Virus record (IMG/VR): IMGVR_UViG_3300038393_003183 | Location: 4,656 to 68,655 of that record | Source of the DNA: a virus | Taxonomy: Duplodnaviria > Caudoviricetes | DNA length: 64,000 nt | Direction: 5' to 3' (one strand) | Shown here: positions 25,135-32,865 of the stretch, one piece after another | How positions within the stretch are numbered: position 1 is the first letter of the stretch | Layout: every line of letters starts with the position of its first letter | Made by a program: the position numbers and the translations under genes | Notes under the pieces: generated by a model | What the model saw: the letters and a program-made list of their open reading frames with translations, nothing else | What the model was told of the DNA's origin: nothing | The model's database searches: none

Positions 25135-26186
25135 TGAGCCTCTTGTTCATTGATTCGTTCGACCACTACGGCACCAACGACATCGGCCTCAAGTGGAGCG
25201 GTCGCACCAGCCAGACGGTCATCGCGCCGACCAGCGGTCGCCGCGGCGGCGGCGCGCTCAGCGTGGGCAATGCCAGTTCGTGGGCGTTCAAGGACGTGCC
25301 GGGCGCGACCACGCTGATCATCGGCGCGGCCGTCAAGCTCGGTTCGTTCGGGGACGACTTCACCGGCAACTGGATCCTGTACGAGTTCTGGGGCAGCACG
25401 TACATGAACGTGGCCGTCGGCGTGGCGGCAGACGGCTCGGTCATGGCCAAACGCTACCGCTTCAATAGCGACGGCCTGCCGGTGCTGATCGGGCAGTCCA
25501 CCGGCGGCATCGTGCCCCTCAATGTCTACACCTACATCGAGGCCAAGGTGACGTGCCACGGCACCACCGGCGCACTGCAGGTGCTGGTCAACGGGGTGTC
25601 GGTACTGAACCTGACCAACACCAACACCTACAATCCGGTCAACCCCACCACCAACCTGAGCCGCATTTCACTGCGCGCCCCCAATCCGACGCTGGGCTCG
25701 ACGCCGACGCTGTACGACGACCTGTATATCTGCGACACGGCCGGCACCGTCAACCACGACTTCTTTGGCGACGTGCGGGTCGACGTGGCGCTGCCCAACG
25801 CCGACGGCACCTATTCGGAATTCACGCCAGACACCGGCAGCGCCCACTACAGCCGCGTCAACGAGGCGGTGGCCGACCAGCTCAGCTACGTGGCGTCCAG
25901 CACGGTCGGGGCCAAGGATACCTACCAGTTTGCCGACCTGACCAGCATCGTCGGGGTGATCCGCGGGGTGCAGGTGGTCGATGCCGCGCTCAAGGACGAT
26001 GCGGGCGCGCGCTCGATCGGGCACATCGTCAGGTCTGGCGTCAGCGAGCAGTTCTCGGCGGCGATGCCGCTGTCGACCGACCGCAAGCTGTACACGACGA
26101 TCCACGAAACCGACCCGGCCACCGGCATCAAGTGGACGCAGGCAGGCATCAACGCCGCCGAGTTCGGCGTGTACGTGGCCGAGTAA
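25134..26186 (+). CDS. Tail-associated beta-sandwich protein, paralog A3
   Basis: Starts MSLLFIDSFDHY, ends HETDPATG...NAAEFGV. Confidence 0.75.
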   Translation: MSLLFIDSFDHYGTNDIGLKWSGRTSQTVIAPTSGRRGGGALSVGNASSWAFKDVPGATTLIIGAAVKLGSFGDDFTGNWILYEFWGSTYMNVAVGVAADGSVMAKRYRFNSDGLPVLIGQSTGGIVPLNVYTYIEAKVTCHGTTGALQVLVNGVSVLNLTNTNTYNPVNPTTNLSRISLRAPNPTLGSTPTLYDDLYICDTAGTVNHDFFGDVRVDVALPNADGTYSEFTPDTGSAHYSRVNEAVADQLSYVASSTVGAKDTYQFADLTSIVGVIRGVQVVDAALKDDAGARSIGHIVRSGVSEQFSAAMPLSTDRKLYTTIHETDPATGIKWTQAGINAAEFGVYVAE

Positions 26187-26795
26187 GTGGCATTCGCCGC
26201 CGCCAAGCTGTCGGCCTACCAGGTCGCCGTTGAGGCGCTGGGGCAGGGCGTGCCGCGCGCCAGGACGGGCCAGCTCGCGCTCGAAACGGCCACGTTCAAG
26301 GCCAGCGCGCGGGCGCGCTCGGCGCAGGTGGTGGTCGAGGTGGCACGGCGCAGCGGCCTCGGGGCCGACTATCTGCCAGGCGGCCTGTTCATCTCGTCGT
26401 ACACGCTGGAGGCGGTGGGCGATGCCGCGCCGCAGATCACGCTTGGCCAGTTGGCGGTCGAGGCGGTCAGCCGCAGCGGCCTCGGTGCCGACTACGTGAC
26501 GCCAGAGTCGGTGTTCCTGTCGTCCGCGTGCATCGAGGTGGCCAGCCGCAGCGGCCTCGGTGCCAATCCGCTGCTCGCGGATGCCGCCTCCATCGGCACG
26601 TTCTTGATCGAGGTCGTCAGTTTCTCCAGTCCCAATCCCGATGACCGACCGCCCAATCCGGTCTCGGTCGGCACGCTGGTGCTCGAGGTGGCCAGCAGCG
26701 CCGCGCCCGAGCTGGCTGGCGGGTGCGGCTGCGTCATCACCCCCGAATTAGCCCCGGCCAAGTACCTGATGCGCCGTCCGGGGCGCTTCAAGTGA
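26187..26795 (+). CDS. Repeat-containing tail protein B2
   Basis: Repeated Q(L/V)x(V/L)E(V/A) strands, 3 x RSGLGA(DY/N), C-terminal MRRPGRFK. Confidence 0.65.
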   Translation: MAFAAAKLSAYQVAVEALGQGVPRARTGQLALETATFKASARARSAQVVVEVARRSGLGADYLPGGLFISSYTLEAVGDAAPQITLGQLAVEAVSRSGLGADYVTPESVFLSSACIEVASRSGLGANPLLADAASIGTFLIEVVSFSSPNPDDRPPNPVSVGTLVLEVASSAAPELAGGCGCVITPELAPAKYLMRRPGRFK

Positions 26796-26818
26796 CCCAA
26801 CCGAAGGAGAGAAGCAAA

Positions 26819-27271
26819 ATGCCGAATTCCGCGACGCCAATTCGCATCGAGCCAAGCACCAACTTTGTCCCACCGAGCGCGCCGCTGACCACTTTCCTGT
26901 GCGCCGACGGCGGCTGCGACAAGCGCCGCCAGCTCTCGCCCAAGGAGATCGCGGACCTGATCCTGGGCGAGAACGAACTGAGCGAGGCGATCGACACCAA
27001 GATCGGCAACGCCATCCGCAGCTACACGGGCGACCGCTTCACGGCGCAGGGCTTGCGCATGGATTCGCTGGACGAGAAGGTCGGGGCCAACACCATCGAG
27101 ATCAAGCGCATCGCGGACTCCACGGCCGGCATCGTGGAGCTGATGCAGAGCTGGACCGGCGCGATGAAGACCATCGACGCCACCGGCAAGGTACTCAAGC
27201 CGCTGACCTGGATCATCGGCTTCTTTACGGCCTTGGCCGGGTTGTGGGCAGCACTGCGCGGAGGGAAATGA
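26819..27271 (+). CDS. Coiled-coil protein with C-terminal transmembrane segment (holin/XhlA-like)
   Basis: AAGGAG RBS; C-terminal LKPLTWIIGFFTALAGLWAALRGGK; first gene of the lysis cassette. Confidence 0.55.
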   Translation: MPNSATPIRIEPSTNFVPPSAPLTTFLCADGGCDKRRQLSPKEIADLILGENELSEAIDTKIGNAIRSYTGDRFTAQGLRMDSLDEKVGANTIEIKRIADSTAGIVELMQSWTGAMKTIDATGKVLKPLTWIIGFFTALAGLWAALRGGK

Positions 27272-27272
27272 C

Positions 27273-27746
27273 ATGCTGATGACCTTACTGTCGATGCTGG
27301 GCGGCGGCTTCATGCGCCTGCTGCCCGAACTGATCGGCCTGTGGAACAAGGCCACCGACAACAAGCACGAACTGGCCATGCTGGACAAGCAGCTCGCGCT
27401 GGAGGCGGCGCGCGGCGCCGAATCGCGCGCGACCATGCAGGTGCAGGGCGACATCAACGAGGTGCTGGCCCTGATCGACGCCCAGAAGACGGCGCTGGCC
27501 AGCCAGATGCAGAAGACCGGCATCTGGATCGCGGACGTGCTGAACTTTCTGGTGCGCCCGGTCGTGACCTACTTCTTCCTGCTGCTGTTCGGCGCGGTCA
27601 AGGTCGCCACCATCGTGCTGGCGATGCAGCAGACCGATGCCTGGCACGCGATCCTCGGGTCGTGGGACGCGGACGACCGCGCCACCTTCTCTGGCATTTT
27701 AGCTTTCTGGTTCGTCGGCCGCGTGTTCGACCGCCGCAGCAAGTGA
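27273..27746 (+). CDS. Putative holin
   Basis: N-terminal amphipathic helix, VRPVVTY motif, two C-terminal hydrophobic segments, FWFVGRVF; overlaps the endolysin. Confidence 0.65.
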   Translation: MLMTLLSMLGGGFMRLLPELIGLWNKATDNKHELAMLDKQLALEAARGAESRATMQVQGDINEVLALIDAQKTALASQMQKTGIWIADVLNFLVRPVVTYFFLLLFGAVKVATIVLAMQQTDAWHAILGSWDADDRATFSGILAFWFVGRVFDRRSK

Positions 27747-28273
27747 ACGCCGTCGACCTCGCGCTGCCGCTGGTGACAGCCTCCGAAGGCTGCTGCCTGC
27801 GCGCCTATCCCGACCCGGCCTCGCCGCTGTCGAAGGCGCTGGCCAAGGCCGGGCTGCTGCGCGCGTACAAGGCGGGGCGGGCCGAGATCCCGCCCGAGCT
27901 GCGCCACCTCGACGGCAGCCCGTGGACCATCGGCTACGGCGAGACGCAGGGGGTGGTGGAGGGCATGGTGTGGACGCAGGAACAGGCCGACGAGCGGGTA
28001 CGCCTGCGGGTGGCCGGGTTCGCGTCCGGCGTCCTCAAACGCTGCCCGCAACTGGCCTCCGAGCCGCCGCAGCGCCTCGCTGCCTGCACTTCGCTGGCCT
28101 ACAACATCGGGCTGGGGGCGTTTGCCGCCAGTTCGGTGCGCAGCCGCACCCAGCGCCGCGAGTACCAGGCGGCGGGCGATGCCTTCCTCAACTGGAGGAC
28201 GGCGGGCGGGGTGGTCATGCCAGGGCTGGTGGCGCGGCGCGAGCGCGAGCGGCTACTGTACCTGTCGGCGTAG
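27743..28273 (+). CDS. Endolysin, GH24 lysozyme
   Basis: E15-x8-D24 and WTIGYG(T62), AYNIG and GLVARRERE motifs. Confidence 0.9.
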   Translation: MNAVDLALPLVTASEGCCLRAYPDPASPLSKALAKAGLLRAYKAGRAEIPPELRHLDGSPWTIGYGETQGVVEGMVWTQEQADERVRLRVAGFASGVLKRCPQLASEPPQRLAACTSLAYNIGLGAFAASSVRSRTQRREYQAAGDAFLNWRTAGGVVMPGLVARRERERLLYLSA

Positions 28274-28280
28274 CGTGCCT

Positions 28281-28532
28281 TTACCACGACGGCCGCTTGT
28301 CGTCGGCGGCGGTGCCCACCTGGGCGCGGTAGACGCGGTCGTCGGCACCATGCCAGATCAGCACGACGCCGCGCACGCTGTCTGAGTTGTGGCCGGTGCC
28401 CTTACCGTCCAGTTCCATGAAGCGGTACGGCACATGCAGGCCGATGACGGTCTCGTGCTCATCGTAGCGTTTCCCGATCAGCGCCTTGGCGATTGCCGCC
28501 AGCTTGTCCTTGCGGGTTGGTCGATTGCCCAT
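28281..28532 (-). CDS. Hypothetical protein (antisense block 2)
   Basis: 83 aa; part of a coupled minus-strand operon. Confidence 0.6.
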   Translation of the reverse strand: MGNRPTRKDKLAAIAKALIGKRYDEHETVIGLHVPYRFMELDGKGTGHNSDSVRGVVLIWHGADDRVYRAQVGTAADDKRPSW

Positions 28533-28534
28533 TT

Positions 28535-28732
28535 TCAGGTGCCCACGCCAGGCAGCCCGCCTGCTTGCTGGTACAGCTCGGCCAACTGCGCATCAATGGC
28601 ATCGATCTCGGCGCGCAGCAAGACGGCGGCGGGGTGCTCGGCCACCAGCTGAGCGAACATGACATTGATGCAGTGGATGCGGTCGAGCAGTTCGTGCTTG
28701 AGGAACGGGTCATTGATCTCGGTGTCTTCCAT
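28535..28732 (-). CDS. Hypothetical protein
   Basis: AAGGAG RBS; 65 aa. Confidence 0.65.
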   Translation of the reverse strand: MEDTEINDPFLKHELLDRIHCINVMFAQLVAEHPAAVLLRAEIDAIDAQLAELYQQAGGLPGVGT

Positions 28733-28744
28733 GTGCTTGCTCCT

Positions 28745-28978
28745 TCAGATCGGCTTGTCGTTGACGGGGTCGATGTCAGGCATCTTGAGGCCGGTGTCGC
28801 GCTCGATCTGGGCCGTGATGTCCTGGTGGTCGTCGCCGTACATGATCGCGATGACGATGTCGGTGTCGATGCCCAGTTCGCGCAGCCTGATGAGCATCGG
28901 CTTGCGCTCCTGCAGGCGTGTCAGGTTGCGCGGTTCCAGCCCGAGGATGACGATGTTGCCGGCGCGTGCTTTGATCAT
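28745..28978 (-). CDS. Hypothetical protein
   Basis: AGGAGG RBS; 77 aa. Confidence 0.7.
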   Translation of the reverse strand: MIKARAGNIVILGLEPRNLTRLQERKPMLIRLRELGIDTDIVIAIMYGDDHQDITAQIERDTGLKMPDIDPVNDKPI

Positions 28979-29013
28979 GGGTTCCTCCTGTTCAGATGCT
29001 GTTCAGATGCGGC

Positions 29014-29190
29014 TCATGGTGATTTCCTGCCCACGCGGTGCCAGTCTTCGCGGCTCAGCAGCTCAGACAGGGCCGCGATCGGGCCGAACCGGAAGCCCGG
29101 CGCGAGGCGATGCCAGTAACGCGAGCGGACCGGCTGGCCGCGCCACTTGCCGAGGTAGTGCCCTTCGCGGGCGTTGCGGCTGGTGCTCAT
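29014..29190 (-). CDS. Small basic protein, SRNAREG family (copy 3; below the ORF-track cutoff)
   Basis: Hand translation: MSTSRNAREGHYLGKWRGQPVRSRYWHRLAPGF... (58 aa); ATGA-coupled to the upstream gene. Confidence 0.65.
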   Translation of the reverse strand: MSTSRNAREGHYLGKWRGQPVRSRYWHRLAPGFRFGPIAALSELLSREDWHRVGRKSP

Positions 29191-29441
29191 GCGCTTCCCT
29201 GCGCTCGACCAAGCAGCGCGCGCGCTTGCAGCACGAATGCGCTCACCTCTGCGTTGGTGGGGAACCGATGCCGCACCATCGCCAGCAGCGTGGCGGCATC
29301 GCCTGGCTGGCCACCGTGGTGCAGCACGCCGGCGCGCATGACGTCGACCAGTTCCTCATGCGTGACCTGACCCGCTTGGGCGCGCGCCATCAGTTGGTCC
29401 AGCTTGCGTTTGCCCTCATCTTCCATGCTCGCCCCCTTCAT
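29187..29441 (-). CDS. Small helical protein, GxVTHEEL...FPT family (copy 3)
   Basis: AGQVTHEELVD...RHRFPTNAEV. Confidence 0.7.
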   Translation of the reverse strand: MKGASMEDEGKRKLDQLMARAQAGQVTHEELVDVMRAGVLHHGGQPGDAATLLAMVRHRFPTNAEVSAFVLQARALLGRAQGSA

Positions 29442-29653
29442 TCCTGACTCAAGTTCAACCGCTCAAGCACCACGGCGCACTGGTCTGGCATGGCGTCGAT
29501 CAGGGCCAGCAGCAGGCGCGCTGACTGGTCTGGCTCGCGCAGACCCTGTTCCCAATTGCGCAGGGTGCCCAGCGACAGCCGATAACGCACGCAAAATCGT
29601 TCCTGCGACAGACCTAGCCGCGCGCGCAGTGCCTTGATGTCCTCTGGACTCAT
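29438..29653 (-). CDS. XRE-family HTH protein (HigA/YiaG-like antitoxin type)
   Basis: IKALRARLGLSQERFC...LGTLRNWEQGLREPDQSARLLL. Confidence 0.85.
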   Translation of the reverse strand: MSPEDIKALRARLGLSQERFCVRYRLSLGTLRNWEQGLREPDQSARLLLALIDAMPDQCAVVLERLNLSQE

Positions 29654-30090
29654 CCTATGTCGCCGCACCCGATCCCGTGGTCGGCGGCGTGGCACACGTC
29701 CACTGGCGCGCTCTGGTCGACCGGATCGACCCATGACGGCTGGCCGCAATAGCGGCAGGCGAACGGCGCCGTGGTGGCCGAGACGAACACCCGGCGCACC
29801 AGCGCGAGCAGGTCGTCGTGCGTCATTTGCCGGAACGCGTGGCGCATCTGGGCGATCTCGCGCTGCTCTTGCGGCTCCAGCCCTTCGATGAACTCGTCCA
29901 CGCTGACGCCGCTGCGCGGGATGTAGCGCGGCCGGCGCACCAGCAGCGCGCGGCGCGCGCGCTTGCTCATCACGGCCCACGCCGTGTCCGCGTCCACGCC
30001 CATGCCGATGAACATGCGGTGCCGGGTGCGCACGGCCTTGCCCTGCCAGCGCCCCACGAAGCGGCCCTCGCGCGCGGTGCGGCTCACCAT
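29650..30090 (-). CDS. Protein with N-terminal SRxAREG module and C-terminal CxxC...CH motif
   Basis: MVSRTAREGRFVGRWQGKAVRTRH...; CRYCG...VCH. Confidence 0.6.
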   Translation of the reverse strand: MVSRTAREGRFVGRWQGKAVRTRHRMFIGMGVDADTAWAVMSKRARRALLVRRPRYIPRSGVSVDEFIEGLEPQEQREIAQMRHAFRQMTHDDLLALVRRVFVSATTAPFACRYCGQPSWVDPVDQSAPVDVCHAADHGIGCGDIG

Positions 30091-30479
30091 TGGCCCTGTC
30101 GTTTCAGTAGCGCCTCCACGAACTCGGGCGGCAGCAGGCAGTTGGTCGGTGCCTTGGCGAACAGCGGCGCGATGTCGTCAGGTTTGTAGCCCGCCAGTCC
30201 GCAGCCGATCGGCGTGACCTGAAAGGTCAGCTCAGGGTGGGCATCGGCAAACCCAAGGAAGATGCCGACATGGATGGCGATTACCTCCAGCGGCAGCAGT
30301 TGGCTCGGATCGGTCAGTTTAGCGCCGTTGCGCCCATCTTTCGTCGGGATCGCGTAGCTGGTGCCCTGCAGCCCTTCGCCCTGGCCGTAGATCGCGCCGC
30401 GATGCCGGCGCGCGTACAGCGCCGCGCCCTTGCCGTGGCGCCCGGCGAGGTTGGAGCCGAACACGAAGATGGTGGTCAT
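30084..30479 (-). CDS. Macro-domain-like phage protein (A1S_2505-like)
   Basis: IFVFGSNLAGRHGKGAA, SYAIPTK and TPIGCGLAG motifs. Confidence 0.75.
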   Translation of the reverse strand: MTTIFVFGSNLAGRHGKGAALYARRHRGAIYGQGEGLQGTSYAIPTKDGRNGAKLTDPSQLLPLEVIAIHVGIFLGFADAHPELTFQVTPIGCGLAGYKPDDIAPLFAKAPTNCLLPPEFVEALLKRQGQW

Positions 30480-30486
30480 GTTGCGC

Positions 30487-30855
30487 TCATCGCAGCGTCC
30501 CGAGGTCGGCCACGCCGACCATCAAGGCGGGCGGGCGCGGAATCTCGACACCGACCGGGCACCACAGGTGCAGGCAGTACGGGTGGTTGTTGACCCAGTC
30601 CGCTTTCGGCGGGTGCAATTGCATCACGCAGTCGTCGTCATCCCAGAACAGCTCCTTGACGCGGCACATTTCGGTCCATGTCGGGCAGCGGTGCGGCAGC
30701 GACACCGACACATGCTCCCAGCCTTCTTCTGCCGAGGCGATCACGCGCAGCACGTCGGGATGGCGCACCGGCACGCGGAACAGGCCAGCTCGGCCCGGCT
30801 CGGTGGCGAACGCTCCCTTGCGCACGCGGTTGGGTTCGGGGTAGTGGAAAGTCAT
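30487..30855 (-). CDS. Conserved phage protein (DUF7694-like, His/Trp-rich)
   Basis: GWEHVSVS...CPTWTEMCRVKELFW...QLHPP...HPYCLHLW. Confidence 0.7.
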   Translation of the reverse strand: MTFHYPEPNRVRKGAFATEPGRAGLFRVPVRHPDVLRVIASAEEGWEHVSVSLPHRCPTWTEMCRVKELFWDDDDCVMQLHPPKADWVNNHPYCLHLWCPVGVEIPRPPALMVGVADLGTLR

Positions 30856-30877
30856 TTTCAATCCTGAGAACGGCACC

Positions 30878-31183
30878 TCATCGCGGCACCACCACCAGCC
30901 GCATCCCCAGCGCGTCCAGCACCTTGAGGATCGTATCGAGGCGCGGCGAGCTGCCGGCGCGCAGCGCCTTGTAGAGCGCCTCGCGCGCGAGGCCGGTGTG
31001 CGCGGCCACGACCGGCATGCCGCGCGCCTTGGCCAGTTCGCCCAGCGCGAACGCCAGCAGCCCGGCATCCCGGTCTTCCAGAATGTCGTTCAGGTAGGCC
31101 GCCACCATGGCGGGGCTGTCGAGGTAATCGGCCACGCGGAACTCGGGCATTTGCCTGATCTTGTCGATGTCGAAGTCGCTCAT
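30878..31183 (-). CDS. Addiction-module antidote protein (HI1420 family HTH)
   Basis: ADYLDS...AYL...ALGELAKARGM...AAHTGLAREALYKAL...PRLDTILKVLDALG. Confidence 0.85.
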   Translation of the reverse strand: MSDFDIDKIRQMPEFRVADYLDSPAMVAAYLNDILEDRDAGLLAFALGELAKARGMPVVAAHTGLAREALYKALRAGSSPRLDTILKVLDALGMRLVVVPR

Positions 31184-31470
31184 TGGTGTTGTCGTTCCAG
31201 ATGCCATTTGGCCGCCGCAAACCACGCATCGCGCAGCAGCCAGTCGCCCGCGCGCGCCGTCTCCAGCCAGTCGTTGAAGGCCAGACGGCTCAGCGCAATG
31301 GCGGCCGGATGGACGCCCCGGCGCACCAGCGCCGCCTGCCATGTCTCCCAGCCCGTGACGCGCACGCGGCCCGGCTCGCCCGCCAACTGCTCAAACCACT
31401 CGTTAAATTGCAGGTCCAGCGCGTCGGCCAAGCCGTCCGCGAACGCCTGTTCGTAGTCCGGCTTGTCCAT
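31180..31470 (-). CDS. Trp-rich hypothetical protein with internal duplication
   Basis: FNEW...WETWQAA and FNDW...DAWFAA. Confidence 0.6.
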   Translation of the reverse strand: MDKPDYEQAFADGLADALDLQFNEWFEQLAGEPGRVRVTGWETWQAALVRRGVHPAAIALSRLAFNDWLETARAGDWLLRDAWFAAAKWHLERQHQ

Positions 31471-31748
31471 CAGTGGGGCTGCGAGGTTTCGCGGATGTTC
31501 GTGATGACCCTGGCTTCCAGTCCCATGCCCTGCATGAAGGATCGGATCGCCCACTGGCGTTCGGCGTCCACCTCGCCGCCGTTCTGGATGCCAGACTCGA
31601 TCACCTTCTGCGCAAACATGCCGAACAGGGTCAGCACGAACCCTGGCGGCAGGTTCATTTCGCGCGCCAGCGCGGTGATCTTCTCGGCGTAGTCGAGTCC
31701 CTTGCGGGCCAGTGCTTCCTGTTCTGGTGTCAGCTGTGGTGTCGTCAT
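31470..31748 (-). CDS. Hypothetical protein, ITxLARE...FGMFA family (copy 1)
   Basis: Paralog of 37912-38169. Confidence 0.7.
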   Translation of the reverse strand: MTTPQLTPEQEALARKGLDYAEKITALAREMNLPPGFVLTLFGMFAQKVIESGIQNGGEVDAERQWAIRSFMQGMGLEARVITNIRETSQPH

Positions 31749-31754
31749 GGCGTG

Positions 31755-32108
31755 TCAATGAAGGGTGGTCGGTCGCGCATCGCCGGCCTGCTCGCGGGCC
31801 TTCTGGGTCGCCACCGCGACGATGATCCCCGACAGCATGAAGCGCCCGACGCCGCCCATCAGGAAGTCCAGCAGGTCCTGCTGCGTTGGGCATTTGTCGC
31901 GCAGCTTGGCCAGCACCACCTCGCGCGAGGCGGCGGCGGCCTGCGGCACGTAGCGCACCATCTGGTCGGCCAGCTCCTCATGGGTGATGGTGCCGCTCCT
32001 GACGTGCTCCACGAACGCCAGCAGGGCTGGTTCGAGCAGCGCGAAGTATTCAGCCGGGATGCCGCGGAACAGCAGTTCCAGCGGGTTGTTGATCGGATTG
32101 TCGTTCAT
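31755..32108 (-). CDS. GxVTHEEL...PT family protein (copy 2)
   Basis: GGAGGA-type RBS; SGTITHEELAD...RDKCPTQQDL. Confidence 0.7.
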   Translation of the reverse strand: MNDNPINNPLELLFRGIPAEYFALLEPALLAFVEHVRSGTITHEELADQMVRYVPQAAAASREVVLAKLRDKCPTQQDLLDFLMGGVGRFMLSGIIVAVATQKAREQAGDARPTTLH

Positions 32109-32125
32109 CGCGTCTTCCTCCGTTC

Positions 32126-32467
32126 TCAGTGCGCTCCCTGCTGGTCGAGCAGCCACGTCATGCGCAGCGACTGGCGGGCGCGGAACCAGCGCAGGTAGGC
32201 GCGCGCCAGCGCGGCGCGCACCACCTTGCCCTGGCCATGCCGCCCGCGCACGAACCTGCCCCACGCGTAGCCGGTAAAGCGGCCCTCGCGGGCGTTGCGG
32301 CTGGTCTGCGGGGGAGGCGGGGCGAAGACGGCCATGTAGCGCAGCGCGGCGCGCTCGACCCATTCGTCCAGGGACGCGCCGGCGCAGTACGCGGCCACGG
32401 CCACCCTGCAGATCAGGGGCCACGGCAGGACCAGCCGGAGATTCTGGTACTCCTCAAAGAGCTTCAT
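32126..32467 (-). CDS. Protein with RHH-like N-half and C-terminal SRNAREG module
   Basis: AAYCAGASLDEWVERA followed by TSRNAREGRFTGYAWGRFVRGRH. Confidence 0.6.
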   Translation of the reverse strand: MKLFEEYQNLRLVLPWPLICRVAVAAYCAGASLDEWVERAALRYMAVFAPPPPQTSRNAREGRFTGYAWGRFVRGRHGQGKVVRAALARAYLRWFRARQSLRMTWLLDQQGAH

Positions 32468-32718
32468 TGCAGGTCACGGGCCGAATGCGGCTGGGGAACC
32501 ACCATGCGGTAGATGCGCAACTGCCTCTGTAGGTGGGCAATCAGTTGCTCCTGCGTGGGATAGCGCGCGTGTATCTCGACCAGCAGCTCGTCGCGCGACT
32601 TCTCCCAGCCGACCACCTGGGCGGCAGTCAGCAGCATGTCCGCATATTCGTCTGCGGTGACTTCGCCGGCCTCGATGCGCGCCGCCATGGCGGCGAACTG
32701 GCTGGTCAGGCTGCTCAT
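32464..32718 (-). CDS. GxVTHEEL...PT family protein (copy 1)
   Basis: AGEVTADEYAD...HARYPTQEQL. Confidence 0.7.
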   Translation of the reverse strand: MSSLTSQFAAMAARIEAGEVTADEYADMLLTAAQVVGWEKSRDELLVEIHARYPTQEQLIAHLQRQLRIYRMVVPQPHSARDLQ

Positions 32719-32864
32719 GCCTTGTACCAGATCAGGATCATGGACACCGGGATGGCGAAGGTCAGGGCGACCGCCGCAATCAGCTCCGAATGGGTGAAGC
32801 CGACGGCGGCGGCGCAGGCACCGCAGACTGCGATGGTGGCAACGGCGCGACCGTGCTTTTGCAT
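32715..32864 (-). CDS. Small two-TM membrane protein
   Basis: 49 aa, hydrophobic; coupled to both neighbours. Confidence 0.55.
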   Translation of the reverse strand: MQKHGRAVATIAVCGACAAAVGFTHSELIAAVALTFAIPVSMILIWYKA

Positions 32865-32865
32865 G

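Noticed and set aside
18510-26795. Diversity-generating retroelement acting on tail genes (BPP-1-like)
   Set aside because: No reverse transcriptase and no template/variable repeat pair differing at adenines was seen. The paralogs are whole diverged genes.
27273-27281. Dual-start holin/antiholin motif (Met-Leu-Met)
   Set aside because: It lacks the charged residue between the Mets that makes lambda S107 an antiholin, so there is no supporting evidence.
28989-29017. 11-bp tandem duplication (TGTTCAGATGC x2) and a 4-aa mini-ORF MSRI
   Set aside because: Most simply a slippage duplication; nothing indicates function.
9948-32718. Recurrent GCATGAGC at many gene junctions as a recombination signal
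   Set aside because: Largely explained by ATGA stop/start overlap with the most GC-rich compatible codons (GCA, AGC).
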